Shown here: positions 28,588 through 38,461 of the stretch, piece by piece
How positions within the stretch are numbered: the stretch's first letter is position 1
Layout of the letters: each line of letters starts with the position of its first letter
Source of the DNA: Candidatus Oxydemutatoraceae bacterium
GTDB lineage: Bacteria; Pseudomonadota; Gammaproteobacteria; Poriferisulfidales; Oxydemutatoraceae
DNA: 64,000 nucleotides
NCBI GenBank assembly: GCA_965220085.1
Contig: CBDCOZ010000003.1
Location: forward strand, 256,001-320,000
Reading direction: 5' to 3'
Position numbers and translations under genes: made by a program
Notes under the pieces: model-generated
What the model saw: only the letters and a program-made list of their open reading frames with translations
The model's database searches: none
Told to the model about the DNA's origin: nothing

Positions 28588-29766
28588 TTAAGGTCTGTCG
28601 GCAAAAAGCTCCGGGGCTTGCCGATAAATGCGGGCAAGGCAGTCCGCTAGCTTTGCGATGTGCTCTTCTTCGTGCGCAGAGGAGAGGGTGATACGCAAAC
28701 GGGCGCCGTTCTTTGGCACGGTCGGGGGGCGTATCGCAGTCACTTGTATGCCCTCCCGGAATAATGCTTCGCTTAATGCCAGCGCGTTTTCCGCCGACCT
28801 TGTCATGACGGCTTGAATCGGCGACGGTGAGTCAATACATTCAATCCCGATTTGCCCGATGTGCTCCCTAAATTTGGCAATGTGCGCAAACAAACGTTCG
28901 CGACGCCATGTTTCGTTGCGAATGATCGCAAGGCTCGCGCTCGCGGCACACGCAAGAGCGGGCGGCGGCGCGGTCGTGTAAATATATGTTCGCGCTTTTT
29001 GTATCACAGTTTCTATCAGGTCGTCGTCGCCGGCGACAAAAGCGCCGAACACGCCCGCCGCTTTGCCGAGCGTTGCCATCAACACCGGCACATGCTTGCA
29101 GTCGAGTCGCAACATTTCACAGACCCCGGCGCCGGTGTCGCCGAACACGCCGAAGCCATGCGCGTCGTCCGCTATCAGCGTCGCTTCCCGTTCGGCGCAG
29201 AGCCCGGCTATCTCACGCAACGGCGCGATGTCGCCGTCCATGCTAAACACCGCATCGGTTGCAACCAGACAATGTTGCTCCTTGTCCAAGTTTGAAGCGA
29301 GAAATCGGGTGTCTTTGTGCGGGTAACGTTTTAACCGGGCGCGCGCGAGGATGCCCGCATCTACCATGGATGCGTGGTTCAGGCGGTCTTCAAAGACGAT
29401 GCTGTGGCGGTTTGCCAAAGCGGTAATCACACCGAGGTTTGCCATGTATCCGGTGGAAAAAAGCGCCGCCCGTTTGCGACCGACAAAGTCCGCCAGATCT
29501 TCTTCCAGTCGGCGGTGTGCGGCGGTGTGACCGTTTATTAGATGTGCCGCACCGCTGCCGACGCCGTAGCGAGAGATGCCCTTTGTCAGCGCTGCGCCGA
29601 TACGCGCATCGGTCGCAAGTCCGAGATAGTCGTTGCTGCAAAAGGAAATGACTTCGCGACCGTCGTAGCGGCGCGTAACGCCCGCAACGCCTTCCGCTAT
29701 TTTTCGCTCGCGGTAGAGGGCGGCGCGGCGACGGTTGCGGAGTTCATTGTGCAGGTCTTTTCTCAT
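28588..29766 (-). CDS. bioF: 8-amino-7-oxononanoate synthase
   Basis: FCSNDYLGL, NHAS, FSMDGD, DDAHG, TLGKA (PLP Lys), IRPPTVP. Confidence 0.96.
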   Translation of the reverse strand: MRKDLHNELRNRRRAALYRERKIAEGVAGVTRRYDGREVISFCSNDYLGLATDARIGAALTKGISRYGVGSGAAHLINGHTAAHRRLEEDLADFVGRKRAALFSTGYMANLGVITALANRHSIVFEDRLNHASMVDAGILARARLKRYPHKDTRFLASNLDKEQHCLVATDAVFSMDGDIAPLREIAGLCAEREATLIADDAHGFGVFGDTGAGVCEMLRLDCKHVPVLMATLGKAAGVFGAFVAGDDDLIETVIQKARTYIYTTAPPPALACAASASLAIIRNETWRRERLFAHIAKFREHIGQIGIECIDSPSPIQAVMTRSAENALALSEALFREGIQVTAIRPPTVPKNGARLRITLSSAHEEEHIAKLADCLARIYRQAPELFADRP

Positions 29767-29974
29767 GGCAATTAGTTGCGTTCTCCCGCTATTTTACTTT
29801 TAGTTTCAGGTATTTAGAACGGTTGCATGATTGCTTGTCATTCCGATGCTACCGTTCGTCATAAAAGTTTCTCACAAGCGCGTTGATTTGCATATGTTGC
29901 GTATTTTCAAAGAAGGCCGGCCGTGTTATATTCATGTTGGTGGCCTTCGGATATTTAACCAATTGGAGGCTATC

Positions 29975-30268
29975 ATGGACGCACAAATGAATGACGCACA
30001 ATACAACACACTTATAACAGCGATAGACAAGCTCGGAGTCGAACTGCATATGCTCAAGGAGGGGCAGCACAAGCTTGAAGAGGGGCAGCATAAGCTTGAA
30101 GAAGAAGTGCATACGCTCAAGGAGGGGCAGCACAAGCTTGAAGAAAAGATGCAAGAGCAACATCAGGGGACTATCCGCTGGGTGATGAGTTTGTTTGTAG
30201 CCGCACTGCTTGTGAATGGCCCTGTCATCGGAGCGATTGTCAGCTTTGTTATCCTGAAGCTAAATTAA
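29975..30268 (+). CDS. Tail-anchored coiled-coil protein, copy 1 (97 aa)
   Basis: GGAGG RBS, MDAQMNDAQY, HKLEEGQ/HTLKEGQ heptads, C-terminal hydrophobic segment. Confidence 0.8.
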   Translation: MDAQMNDAQYNTLITAIDKLGVELHMLKEGQHKLEEGQHKLEEEVHTLKEGQHKLEEKMQEQHQGTIRWVMSLFVAALLVNGPVIGAIVSFVILKLN

Positions 30269-30348
30269 TCCTTATTGCATTCCGTTGCGCTCCGAAGGAG
30301 CGGCTCAATTTACAATGGCCGCTTCTGCGGAGCGGACAGCTCGCCCGC

Positions 30349-30564
30349 TCAATTCGGATTGCCGGCAGATTTGCCAACGAACGGCTCAATGCCGAGGCGG
30401 TCAAGCAACGCCCGGTCGCGTTGCATCGCAGGGTTGCTTGTCGTCAACAGCGTATCGCCGTCGCAGCGGCGCGTAACGCCCGCAACGCCTTCCGCTATTT
30501 TTCGCTCGCGGTAGAGGGCGGCGCGGCGACGGTTGCGGAGTTCATTGTGCAGGTCTTTTCTCAT
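30349..30564 (-). pseudogene. In-frame bioF(N-term)/bioB(C-term) chimera, 71 aa (also 31160-31375 and 31937-32152)
   Basis: MRKDLHNEL...VTRRCD from BioF joined to [10 protein letters not shown]...GNPN from BioB. Confidence 0.85.
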
Positions 30565-30773
30565 GGCAATTAGTTGCGTTCTCCCGCTATTTTACTTTTA
30601 GTTTCAGGTATTTAGAACGGTTGCATGATTGCTTGTCATTCCGATGCTACCGTTCGTCATAAAAGTTTCTCACAAGCGCGTTGATTTGCATATGTTGCGT
30701 ATTTTCAAAGAAGGCCGGCTGTGTTATATTCATATTTGGTGGCCTTCGGATATTTAACCAATTGGAGGTTATC

Positions 30774-31079
30774 ATGGATGCACAAATGAATGACGCACAA
30801 TACAACACACTTATAACAGCGATAGACAAGCTCGGAGGCGAACTGCATATGCTCAAGGAGGGGCAACACAAGCTTGAGTATAAGCTTGGAGGCGAACTGC
30901 ATACGCTCAAAGAAGAAGTGCATACGCTCAAGGAGGGGCAGCACAAGCTTGAAGAGAAGATGCAAGAGCAACATCAGGGGACTATCCGCTGGGTGATGAG
31001 TTTGTTTGTAGCCGCACTGCTTGTGAATGGCCCTGTCATCGGAGCGATTGTCAGCTTTGTTATCCTGAAGCTAAATTAA
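30774..31079 (+). CDS. Tail-anchored coiled-coil protein, copy 2 (101 aa)
   Basis: Same ends as copy 1, different central repeats. Confidence 0.8.
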   Translation: MDAQMNDAQYNTLITAIDKLGGELHMLKEGQHKLEYKLGGELHTLKEEVHTLKEGQHKLEEKMQEQHQGTIRWVMSLFVAALLVNGPVIGAIVSFVILKLN

Positions 31080-31583
31080 TCCTTATTGCATTCCGTTGCG
31101 CTCCGAAGGAGCGGCTCAATTTACAATGGCCGCTTCTGCGGAGCGGACAGCTCGCCCGCTCAATTCGGATTGCCGGCAGATTTGCCAACGAACGGCTCAA
31201 TGCCGAGGCGGTCAAGCAACGCCCGGTCGCGTTGCATCGCAGGGTTGCTTGTCGTCAACAGCGTATCGCCGTCGCAGCGGCGCGTAACGCCCGCAACGCC
31301 TTCCGCTATTTTTCGCTCGCGGCAGAGAGCGTCGCGGCGACGGTTGCGGAGTTCATTGCGCAGGTCTTTTCTCATGGCAATTAGTTGCGTTCTCCCGCTA
31401 TTTTACTTTTAGTTTCAGGTATTTAGAACGGTTGCATGATTGCTTGTCATTCCGATGCTACCGTTCGTCATAAAAGTTTCTCACAAGCGCGTTGATTTGC
31501 ATATGTTGCGTATTTTCAAAGAAGGCCGGCCGTGTTATATTCATGTTGGTGGCCTTCGGATATTTAACCAATTGGAGGCTATC

Positions 31584-31856
31584 ATGGACGCACAAATGAA
31601 TGACGCACAATACAACACACTTATAACTGCGATAGACAAGCTCGGAGGCGAAGTGCATATGCTCAAGGAGGGGCAGCACAGGCTTGAGAGTGAAGTGCAT
31701 ACGCTCAAGGAGGGGCAGCACAAGCTTGAAGAGAAGATGCAAGAGCAACATCAGGGGACTATCCGCTGGGTGATGAGTTTGTTTGTAGCCGCACTGCTTG
31801 TGAATGGCCCTGTCATCGGAGCGATTGTCAGCTTTGTTATCCTGAAGCTAAATTAA
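31584..31856 (+). CDS. Tail-anchored coiled-coil protein, copy 3 (90 aa)
   Basis: Same ends as copy 1, different central repeats. Confidence 0.8.
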   Translation: MDAQMNDAQYNTLITAIDKLGGEVHMLKEGQHRLESEVHTLKEGQHKLEEKMQEQHQGTIRWVMSLFVAALLVNGPVIGAIVSFVILKLN

Positions 31857-32360
31857 TCCTTATTGCATTCCGTTGCGCTCCGAAGGAGCGGCTCAATTTA
31901 CAATGGCCGCTTCTGCGGAGCGGACAGCTCGCCCGCTCAATTCGGATTGCCGGCAGATTTGCCAACGAACGGCTCAATGCCGAGGCGGTCAAGCAACGCC
32001 CGGTCGCGTTGCATCGCAGGGTTGCTTGTCGTCAACAGCGTATCGCCGTCGTAGCGGCGCGTAACGCCCGCCACGCCTTCCGATATTTTTCGCTCGCGGC
32101 AGAGAGCGTCGCGGCGACGGTTGTGGAGCTCATTGCGCAGGTCTTTTCTCATGGCCATTAGTTGAGTTCTCCCGTCACTTTACTTTTAGTTTCGGGTATT
32201 TAGAACGGTTGCATGACTGCTTGTCATTCCGATGCTACCGTTCGTCAAAAAAGTTTCTCACAAGCGCGCTGATTTTCATATGTTGCGTATTTTCAAAGAA
32301 GGCCGGCCGTGTTATATTCATATTGGTGGCCTTCGGATATTTAACCAATTGGAGGTTATC

Positions 32361-32633
32361 ATGGACGCACAAATGAATGACGCACAATACAACACACTTA
32401 TAACTGCGATAGACAAGCTCGGGGGTAGGTTGCATAAGCTTGAAGAAGAAGTGCATACGCTCAAGGAGGGGCAGCACAGGCTTGAGAGTGAAGTGCATAC
32501 GCTTAAAGACAAGATGCAAGAGCAACATCAGGGGACTATCCGCTGGGTGATGAGTTTGTTTGTAGCCGCCTTGCTTGTGAATGGCCCTGTCATCGGAGCG
32601 ATTGTCAGCTTTGTTATCCTGAAGCTAAATTAA
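32361..32633 (+). CDS. Tail-anchored coiled-coil protein, copy 4 (90 aa)
   Basis: Same ends as copy 1, different central repeats. Confidence 0.8.
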   Translation: MDAQMNDAQYNTLITAIDKLGGRLHKLEEEVHTLKEGQHRLESEVHTLKDKMQEQHQGTIRWVMSLFVAALLVNGPVIGAIVSFVILKLN

Positions 32634-32713
32634 TCCTTATTGCATTCCGTTGCGCTCCGAAGGAGCGGCTCAATTTACAATGGCCGCTTCTGCGGAGCGG
32701 ACAGCTCGCCCGC

Positions 32714-33715
32714 TCAATTCGGATTGCCGGCAGATTTGCCAACGAACGGCTCAATGCCGAGGCGGTCAAGCAACGCCCGGTCGCGTTGCATCGCAGGGTT
32801 GCTTGTCGTCAACAGCGTATCGCCATAGAAGATGGAGTTAGCGCCGGCCAGAAAGCACAAAGCCTGAGTCTCATCCGACATATTTTCGCGCCCGGCAGAC
32901 AGTCGCACCCGCGCTTTGGGCATCAGAATGCGAGCCGCCGCAATCGTGCGCGCGAATTCAATCGGGTCCAACGCCTCTATGCCGCAGAGCGGCGTGCCCT
33001 CAACCTGCACCAGCATATTAATCGGCACCGACTCCGGGTGCGTCGGCATATTCGCAAGTTGCATCAGCAGGCCGGCGCGCACATCACGATTTTCCCCCAT
33101 TCCAAGGATGCCGCCGCAACACACTTTGATACCGGCCCGGCGCAGGTTTTCAAGCGTGTCAAGACGCTCCTGATATGTGCGGGTCGTTATAATGTCGCCG
33201 TAGAACTCGGGCGCGGTGTCCAAATTATGGTTGTAGTAGTCAAGGCCGGCATCAGAAAGCCTCTCGGCTTGGCTATCGCTCAGCATCCCAAGCGTGACGC
33301 ACGTTTCCATGCCCAACTCGGACACCGCCCGAATCATCTCAATGACCAGATCCAAGTTCTTATCGCTCGGCGAACGCCATGCCGCCCCCATGCAGAAACG
33401 ATCGGCGCCATTTTCTTTCGCAGCCTTTGCGGCGCGGGTCACCTCCGCAACCGACAGCAGGCGTTCGACTTCGATGGGGGTTTTGTAACGCGCGCTTTGC
33501 GGGCAGTACGCGCAATCCTCGGGGCATGCTCCGGTTTTAATCGACAGCAAAGTGCTAATCTGCATTTTGCAAGGGTCGTGAAAGGCGCGATGCGCCTGTT
33601 GCGCCTTGTAGAGCAGGTCGCTAAAAGGCAAGCCCAGCAAATCGAGTACTTCCTGCCGCTGCCAATCGTTTCTAATGGATGGGGATGCGGTGTCCGTCAT
33701 TAAAATGAATTTCAA
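32714..33715 (-). CDS. bioB: Biotin synthase
   Basis: [11 protein letters not shown] radical SAM motif, [31 protein letters not shown]. Confidence 0.98.
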   Translation of the reverse strand: MKFILMTDTASPSIRNDWQRQEVLDLLGLPFSDLLYKAQQAHRAFHDPCKMQISTLLSIKTGACPEDCAYCPQSARYKTPIEVERLLSVAEVTRAAKAAKENGADRFCMGAAWRSPSDKNLDLVIEMIRAVSELGMETCVTLGMLSDSQAERLSDAGLDYYNHNLDTAPEFYGDIITTRTYQERLDTLENLRRAGIKVCCGGILGMGENRDVRAGLLMQLANMPTHPESVPINMLVQVEGTPLCGIEALDPIEFARTIAAARILMPKARVRLSAGRENMSDETQALCFLAGANSIFYGDTLLTTSNPAMQRDRALLDRLGIEPFVGKSAGNPN

Positions 33716-33955
33716 AATTCCTCAGTTCCAGAGTTCATTGTAAAGCAACTTTCCGGCAAACCCCTCCAAGCGCTTTTTTAAGAGGCGTCACCGTCTCCGC
33801 TGTCATTCCAGTATCGGCAGGAACCCAGTCAGAAATGTATGTGTGTGGCTTATTTTGAGCCGTGATTCTACCGTTCATCCGATGAACATTACCGCTTGTC
33901 ATATCGGGTTCAAAAAACACTTGAAATTGGCGCAGGATTGTGTTTTAACTTACCT

Positions 33956-34390
33956 ATGGAAGATTCTAGCACTATTAAAAAAGTTTATAATGCGCTGAAG
34001 AAAGTGCCGAACATATCCGATGAGGAAGCATTTGACATGGCAGAAATGATGGGAGCAGTAACCAACATGGCGACCAAAGAGGACTTGCGGGAGTTGGCAG
34101 CGGCGACCAAGGAGGATCTGCGGGAGTTGGCAGCGGCGACCAAAGAGGACTTGCGGGAGTTGGCAGCGGCGACCAAAGAGGACTTGCGGGAGTTGGCAGC
34201 GGCGACCAAAGAGGATCTGCGGGAGTTGGCAGCGGCGACCAAGGAGGATCTGCGGGAGTTGGCAGCGGCGACCAAGGAGGATCTGCGGAAGTTGGAGATG
34301 GCGACCAAAGATTCCTTGCTGTATCGCACCTATGCCATTATCGGTATCTTAGGAACCCTTATCGGGGCGCTTGAATTCTTTGGCGGGTAA
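33956..34390 (+). CDS. DUF1640/CCDC90-like tail-anchored coiled-coil protein with 11-aa repeats
   Basis: ATKEDLRELAA x6 plus one variant (33-bp DNA repeat, ~34070-34310), C-terminal TM. Confidence 0.8.
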   Translation: MEDSSTIKKVYNALKKVPNISDEEAFDMAEMMGAVTNMATKEDLRELAAATKEDLRELAAATKEDLRELAAATKEDLRELAAATKEDLRELAAATKEDLRELAAATKEDLRKLEMATKDSLLYRTYAIIGILGTLIGALEFFGG

Positions 34391-34634
34391 TCCAGAGCAA
34401 GCGTCGCTTCATCTTATGGTTCAAATGCCGCCCCCGATACCCAAAGGCGCAAACCCTCACCCTAATTCCTTCAACCCAGAACATCACTCCAAAAGAAAGC
34501 GCCTCATAAAAGGGCCAAGCCGCACTGCTTGGAAAGCATGGGCTCAGCCAAGCAGGAGGCTGCCCTCAGCAACGCCGCGCAAGCAAGGCGTGATATGATA
34601 GCCACACAGCGGCTCCCTTTAATATCTGACAAAC

Positions 34635-35591
34635 TTGCATCCAAACTTGCATCAAGCGACGAAAGTGATTTCTGGCAAGCACAACATCATTCGCGGGCGA
34701 CACCGTTTCGGTCGCTATTGCGTGACACCGCATGCGCAGAATCCGCGCGCGCTGGTTGAGTGGATCGAAGCGCGCCGGTATCTGGATTGTGAGTCGCAAG
34801 CGCACTTGCTAAAGCAACGGAATCCCGGCCGCGCTAAAAACAAGCTGTTTGAGATGCAACCGGCGTTCCACCCGCGCCCCGCAGTGATGAAAGTCTGCTC
34901 GGTTGACCCGCGTTATCGGTGGCGCCGCCAAGCCGAGTTGTTTATCCGGCAGTGGTTCAGGGATTACAACCGGACGGCATTTCGGGGGTGTTGCGCGCTC
35001 TTTGCCAGCGGGGCGCCGGTTGCCGCTCCTCTGGCGTGGTGGCAGCACCACGAAAGTCTGTGGCGGCGCAAAACCTATTTTCTATACCAGAAAGTTCCGG
35101 CACAGATGTCGGTAAGAGGCTTGCTCGCACCGGATAGGGAACAGCAAATGCCTCCCGATGTTTGCCATGCGCTCGCAGCCAAGATAACAGCCGCAATCAG
35201 AGACATTCACGCGACACATTGGCGGCACAATGATATGCAACCGGGCAACATCCTGACTACTTTGCCACAGAGCTTTGACGCGGATACGATTCGCAACACG
35301 CCCATTTGCATTGTGGATTATGACCACTGTGCTCCGGTGAGATTACGTTGGTCTGCCATACGGCGGTTCTTCGATTTGAAATGCCTGAGCCAGGTTCGCC
35401 TGCCGCATGTGTCCGATGCGGAGTTGCTCGCATATTACTCAAAGGGCGCCGCATCGGGCGCCGCATCGGCGTTCTGGCTATTCACACTGAAATTTTGGAA
35501 GCGCGGAGGGTTCAATATTGCGCGGCAGATAAGAGGGCGCCGCCCGCAACGAACGCGCGGAGCGCACTTAAAACCGCGGCACAGGGCATAA
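34635..35591 (+). CDS. LPS kinase (Kdo/WaaP/InaA-like), paralog 1
   Basis: AVMKV, PVAAPLA, HNDMQPGNIL, IVDYD. Confidence 0.75.
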   Translation: MHPNLHQATKVISGKHNIIRGRHRFGRYCVTPHAQNPRALVEWIEARRYLDCESQAHLLKQRNPGRAKNKLFEMQPAFHPRPAVMKVCSVDPRYRWRRQAELFIRQWFRDYNRTAFRGCCALFASGAPVAAPLAWWQHHESLWRRKTYFLYQKVPAQMSVRGLLAPDREQQMPPDVCHALAAKITAAIRDIHATHWRHNDMQPGNILTTLPQSFDADTIRNTPICIVDYDHCAPVRLRWSAIRRFFDLKCLSQVRLPHVSDAELLAYYSKGAASGAASAFWLFTLKFWKRGGFNIARQIRGRRPQRTRGAHLKPRHRA

Positions 35592-36110
35592 GGCATGTCG
35601 GCGCGCTTCAAAACCATGGTCGGGAAGGCGCTGGGGAAAGCCGCCCGCCCGTCTGTCATTGAAGCGGTGCGCTCTGATTCTCTGACCTATCTTAGCAAGA
35701 GTGCGCTGCGGGATTTGCACAATCACGTGACCAAACTGGAAAGCAAAAAGGCGGATGGCTTGTTGATAGAGGCGGGCTGTGCGCTGGGCGGGTCGGCGAT
35801 CGTAATCGCAGCGGCGAAGTCCAAAGAGCGGACGCGCGGAGCGCACTTAAAACCGCGGCACAGGGCATAAGGCATGTCGGCGCGTTTCAAAACCATGGTC
35901 AGGAAGGCGCTGGGGAAAGTTGCCCGCCCGTCTGTTATTGATGCGGTGCGCTCCGGCTCCCTGACCTATCTTAGCAAGAGCGCGCTACAGGATTTGCACA
36001 ATCACGTCACCAGACTGGAAAGCAAAAAGGCGGACGGCCTGTTGATAGAGGCAGGCTGTGCGCTGGGCGGGTCGGCGATTGTAATCGCAACGGCGAAGTC
36101 TAAAGAGCGG
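35553..36110 (+). repeat. 279-bp tandem duplication generating the truncated TylF/kinase chimera ORF 35595-35870
   Basis: acgcgcggagcgcacttaaaaccgcggcacagggcataaggcatgtcggcgcg at 35553 and 35832. Confidence 0.9.
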
Positions 36111-36614
36111 CCTTTCCGCATATACGATGTATTCGGCATGATTCCTCCCCCATCCGACAAGGACGGCCAAGATGTTCACCGACGATATGCGACCATCGCC
36201 GACGGCGCGGCGAAGGGGCTCGGCAAGGGCAAGTACTACGGGTATGAAGAGAACCTCATCGCAAAGGTAGCGTATAATTTCAAGGAGCATAATGTCCCCG
36301 TCAAAGAGAACAACATCCGTTTAATCAAAGGTCGGTTTCAGGACACGATGCAGATTCAAGAACCGGTGGCGCTGGCGCACATAGACGGCGACTGGTACGA
36401 ATCAGTCACGACGTGCCTTCAAAGGATTGAACCTCGCCTGATTCCCGGAGGGGTGTTGGTCATCGATGACTACGGTTGCTGGTCGGGGTGCAAAACGGCG
36501 GTCGATGAATACTTTGAGAACAAAAAGGGCAACTATGAATTCACAGAACGGGAGCGGCGGTTGCACATTATCAAAAGGAACGAGAGCGGTGTCAAAACAG
36601 GTTCAACAATCTAA
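35874..36614 (+). CDS. TylF/MycF-family O-methyltransferase
   Basis: IEAGCALGGS, YDVFGMIP, IKGRFQDT, HIDGDWYES, IDDYGCWSGCKTAVDEY. Confidence 0.85.
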   Translation: MSARFKTMVRKALGKVARPSVIDAVRSGSLTYLSKSALQDLHNHVTRLESKKADGLLIEAGCALGGSAIVIATAKSKERPFRIYDVFGMIPPPSDKDGQDVHRRYATIADGAAKGLGKGKYYGYEENLIAKVAYNFKEHNVPVKENNIRLIKGRFQDTMQIQEPVALAHIDGDWYESVTTCLQRIEPRLIPGGVLVIDDYGCWSGCKTAVDEYFENKKGNYEFTERERRLHIIKRNESGVKTGSTI

Positions 36615-37593
36615 AGCCACCTTTTTCAACCGGTACGCCGAAGTGTTTCGGGTCTTGCGAGAAGCCGTCCGCCGCGCATCGGGTTCCCATTTGGGCGGCG
36701 GCGCATTGCGCATCCTGTCGTTCGGGTGTTCTAACGGCGCGGAAATGCTCACAGCCCGCGCCTATTTCCCCGACGCGACCATTCTCGGCTGTGATACCGA
36801 CCCTGACGCGCTCAGGCAAGCGGCGCGCGCGCTGAAAGACGATGACGGTCGAGTCTTCGTTTCAACACCGGAAGCGGTGCGCCGGCACGGCCCCTACAAT
36901 GTGATTCTTGCAAACTCTGTCTTGTGTTCGTACCCAATCCCGGAAAACCTCACAAACCTGTCGGAGAAATTTCCCTTCTCACAATTTTCCGATTTGGGGG
37001 AGATGTTGATCGAGGCGTTAGCGCCGAAAGGGTGGTTTGTTCTCTACAATGCCAATTACAGCTTCAGGCGCCTCCCCGGCGCCGACGCGTTTAATGCGGT
37101 TGAGTCGCCTATGATTGAGGCGAATGGTTTCGCGGATAAATTTGCGCCGGACGGCACCCGCCTGACCCGCGCGGACACGGTGTCAGGGCAACGGACATAT
37201 GACCATCGCCTTCTTGGGTCGGGGCTGACCGACCAAGACTTGCGCAATGTAATCTGGACGCGCGGGTCGCCGCCCCCCGTTTGGCCGCTCACCAATCCGG
37301 CGGCCACAAAAGGCGCGCTTGTGCTTGGGCGCGATCCCGTGCCGTTGTTAGCGGAGGGCAGGATTGCGGCGGGCTTGTATGCCGAGCGTTTTGATACCCC
37401 GTCCGGTCTCTTGCTTCGTCGCGAATGGCGCAAAGGCACCATCGGCGGAGACATTGCCCGTCTTGGGTCTTGGGACACCCGCGCCGGCCCGCCGCTTGCC
37501 GAGAACGGCTGGTTCAAGCCCGCTCATCGTCGCCGAGGGTATTGGAATACCGTAAAGTCTTTTTTCAACCCGCGAGACAATGGCCCGACTTAA
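36589..37593 (+). CDS. SAM-dependent methyltransferase-like protein
   Basis: RILSFGCSNGAE, ILGCD, ANSVLC; start uncertain (GTG overlapping the upstream gene). Confidence 0.65.
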   Translation: MSKQVQQSKATFFNRYAEVFRVLREAVRRASGSHLGGGALRILSFGCSNGAEMLTARAYFPDATILGCDTDPDALRQAARALKDDDGRVFVSTPEAVRRHGPYNVILANSVLCSYPIPENLTNLSEKFPFSQFSDLGEMLIEALAPKGWFVLYNANYSFRRLPGADAFNAVESPMIEANGFADKFAPDGTRLTRADTVSGQRTYDHRLLGSGLTDQDLRNVIWTRGSPPPVWPLTNPAATKGALVLGRDPVPLLAEGRIAAGLYAERFDTPSGLLLRREWRKGTIGGDIARLGSWDTRAGPPLAENGWFKPAHRRRGYWNTVKSFFNPRDNGPT

Positions 37594-37730
37594 CGCATCG
37601 CGACAACGGACGTACGAAGAGAACGGTCTTTTTGCCAAGTCAATACCCGCCGGCTCCGTCGTTTTGGACGCGGGAGCGGGCGACTCAACGGTATAAGCAT
37701 CTGTTTGCACATACGCGCTGCGAAGCCGCG
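37580..37730 (+). pseudogene. Frameshifted 5' fragment of the methyltransferase at 51303
   Basis: atggcccgacttaac...gtcaatacccgccggc...ttttggacgc...catacgcgct matches 51303-51450 with a 1-bp insertion. Confidence 0.85.
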
Positions 37731-37935
37731 CCCACGCTCCCCGCAAGACCTGCTCCGCGAACCGCAAAACCCGCAGCTTTGCTGGCAAGGTGAGAAGGGA
37801 TGCGCTGAACCCATCTGCTCACAGCCGTGCTTCAATTTTTTAGCCAGAGGCTTTGCTAATTTAGAGCTCTTCCAATAACCCGAAGGCTACACGGGGCCCC
37901 AACCTACGTTTATTTCATGGTCTTTTTTAATAACT

Positions 37936-38250
37936 CTACCGTACCATGGATGCAGGATCCAGAGAGCTGACATCGTTGGGAATGTCTGATAATAATTTAG
38001 GTTCGAGACTCGGAGGGAGGAGTGGTGAATTTCGCGACTGGTACGCCGCTGAATTTCGCGACTGGTATATAGACCACGACGGGCTTATATGTCTAGAAAA
38101 GTCCGGGGGGAGGAGATCCTTAATTTGGGGTTGCGAAAACCTATGATGTGATTGTTCTGCATTATCGTTGTTGGTACCGCTCTGGTTTTCAGCGAATACA
38201 TACGACAATGAAAAAATTAACAATACGATAAAAAATATTAAGCGTTTCAT
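37936..38250 (-). CDS. Small secreted protein, possibly truncated
   Basis: MKRLIFFIVLLIFSLSYVFA signal peptide, GGAGG RBS, YQSRNS duplicated. Confidence 0.55.
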   Translation of the reverse strand: MKRLIFFIVLLIFSLSYVFAENQSGTNNDNAEQSHHRFSQPQIKDLLPPDFSRHISPSWSIYQSRNSAAYQSRNSPLLPPSLEPKLLSDIPNDVSSLDPASMVR

Positions 38251-38461
38251 AATTTGCCTCCTAAAGATACCGAAATAAAATAATACAATAAGTTTCGGAA
38301 ATGATGTGAAATATTTTATGCGGTGATTCATTAAGTTGTATGGCAACAATCACAATCGCCAAGCAAATTAGGCGATGGTTCCAATCTAAAATAGTCTAGC
38401 GTAGCCCTCAGCCATTTACTCTTCCGTGTTCTTGAGTGAGGCATGCATATTGACAATTTTT

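Larger units (their letters stand above)
29660..32824. repeat. Four-unit tandem array (~798, 811, 777, 779 bp): bioF 5' end + intergenic + coiled-coil gene + bioB 3' end
   Basis: Near-identical units with bioB/bioF junction ...AACAGCGTATCGCC|GTCG(C/T)AGCGG at ~30459, 31270 and 32047. Confidence 0.95.

Noticed and set aside
29831-29974. Longer N-termini for the array genes
   Set aside because: Not conserved between copies (1-bp indel in unit 2); GGAGG precedes MDAQ
33716-33955. BirA operator upstream of bioB
   Set aside because: Only a half-site-like TTGTAAAG; no matching inverted half. A weak GTCATTCC...GGAACCCAG palindrome near 33802 is too degenerate to call
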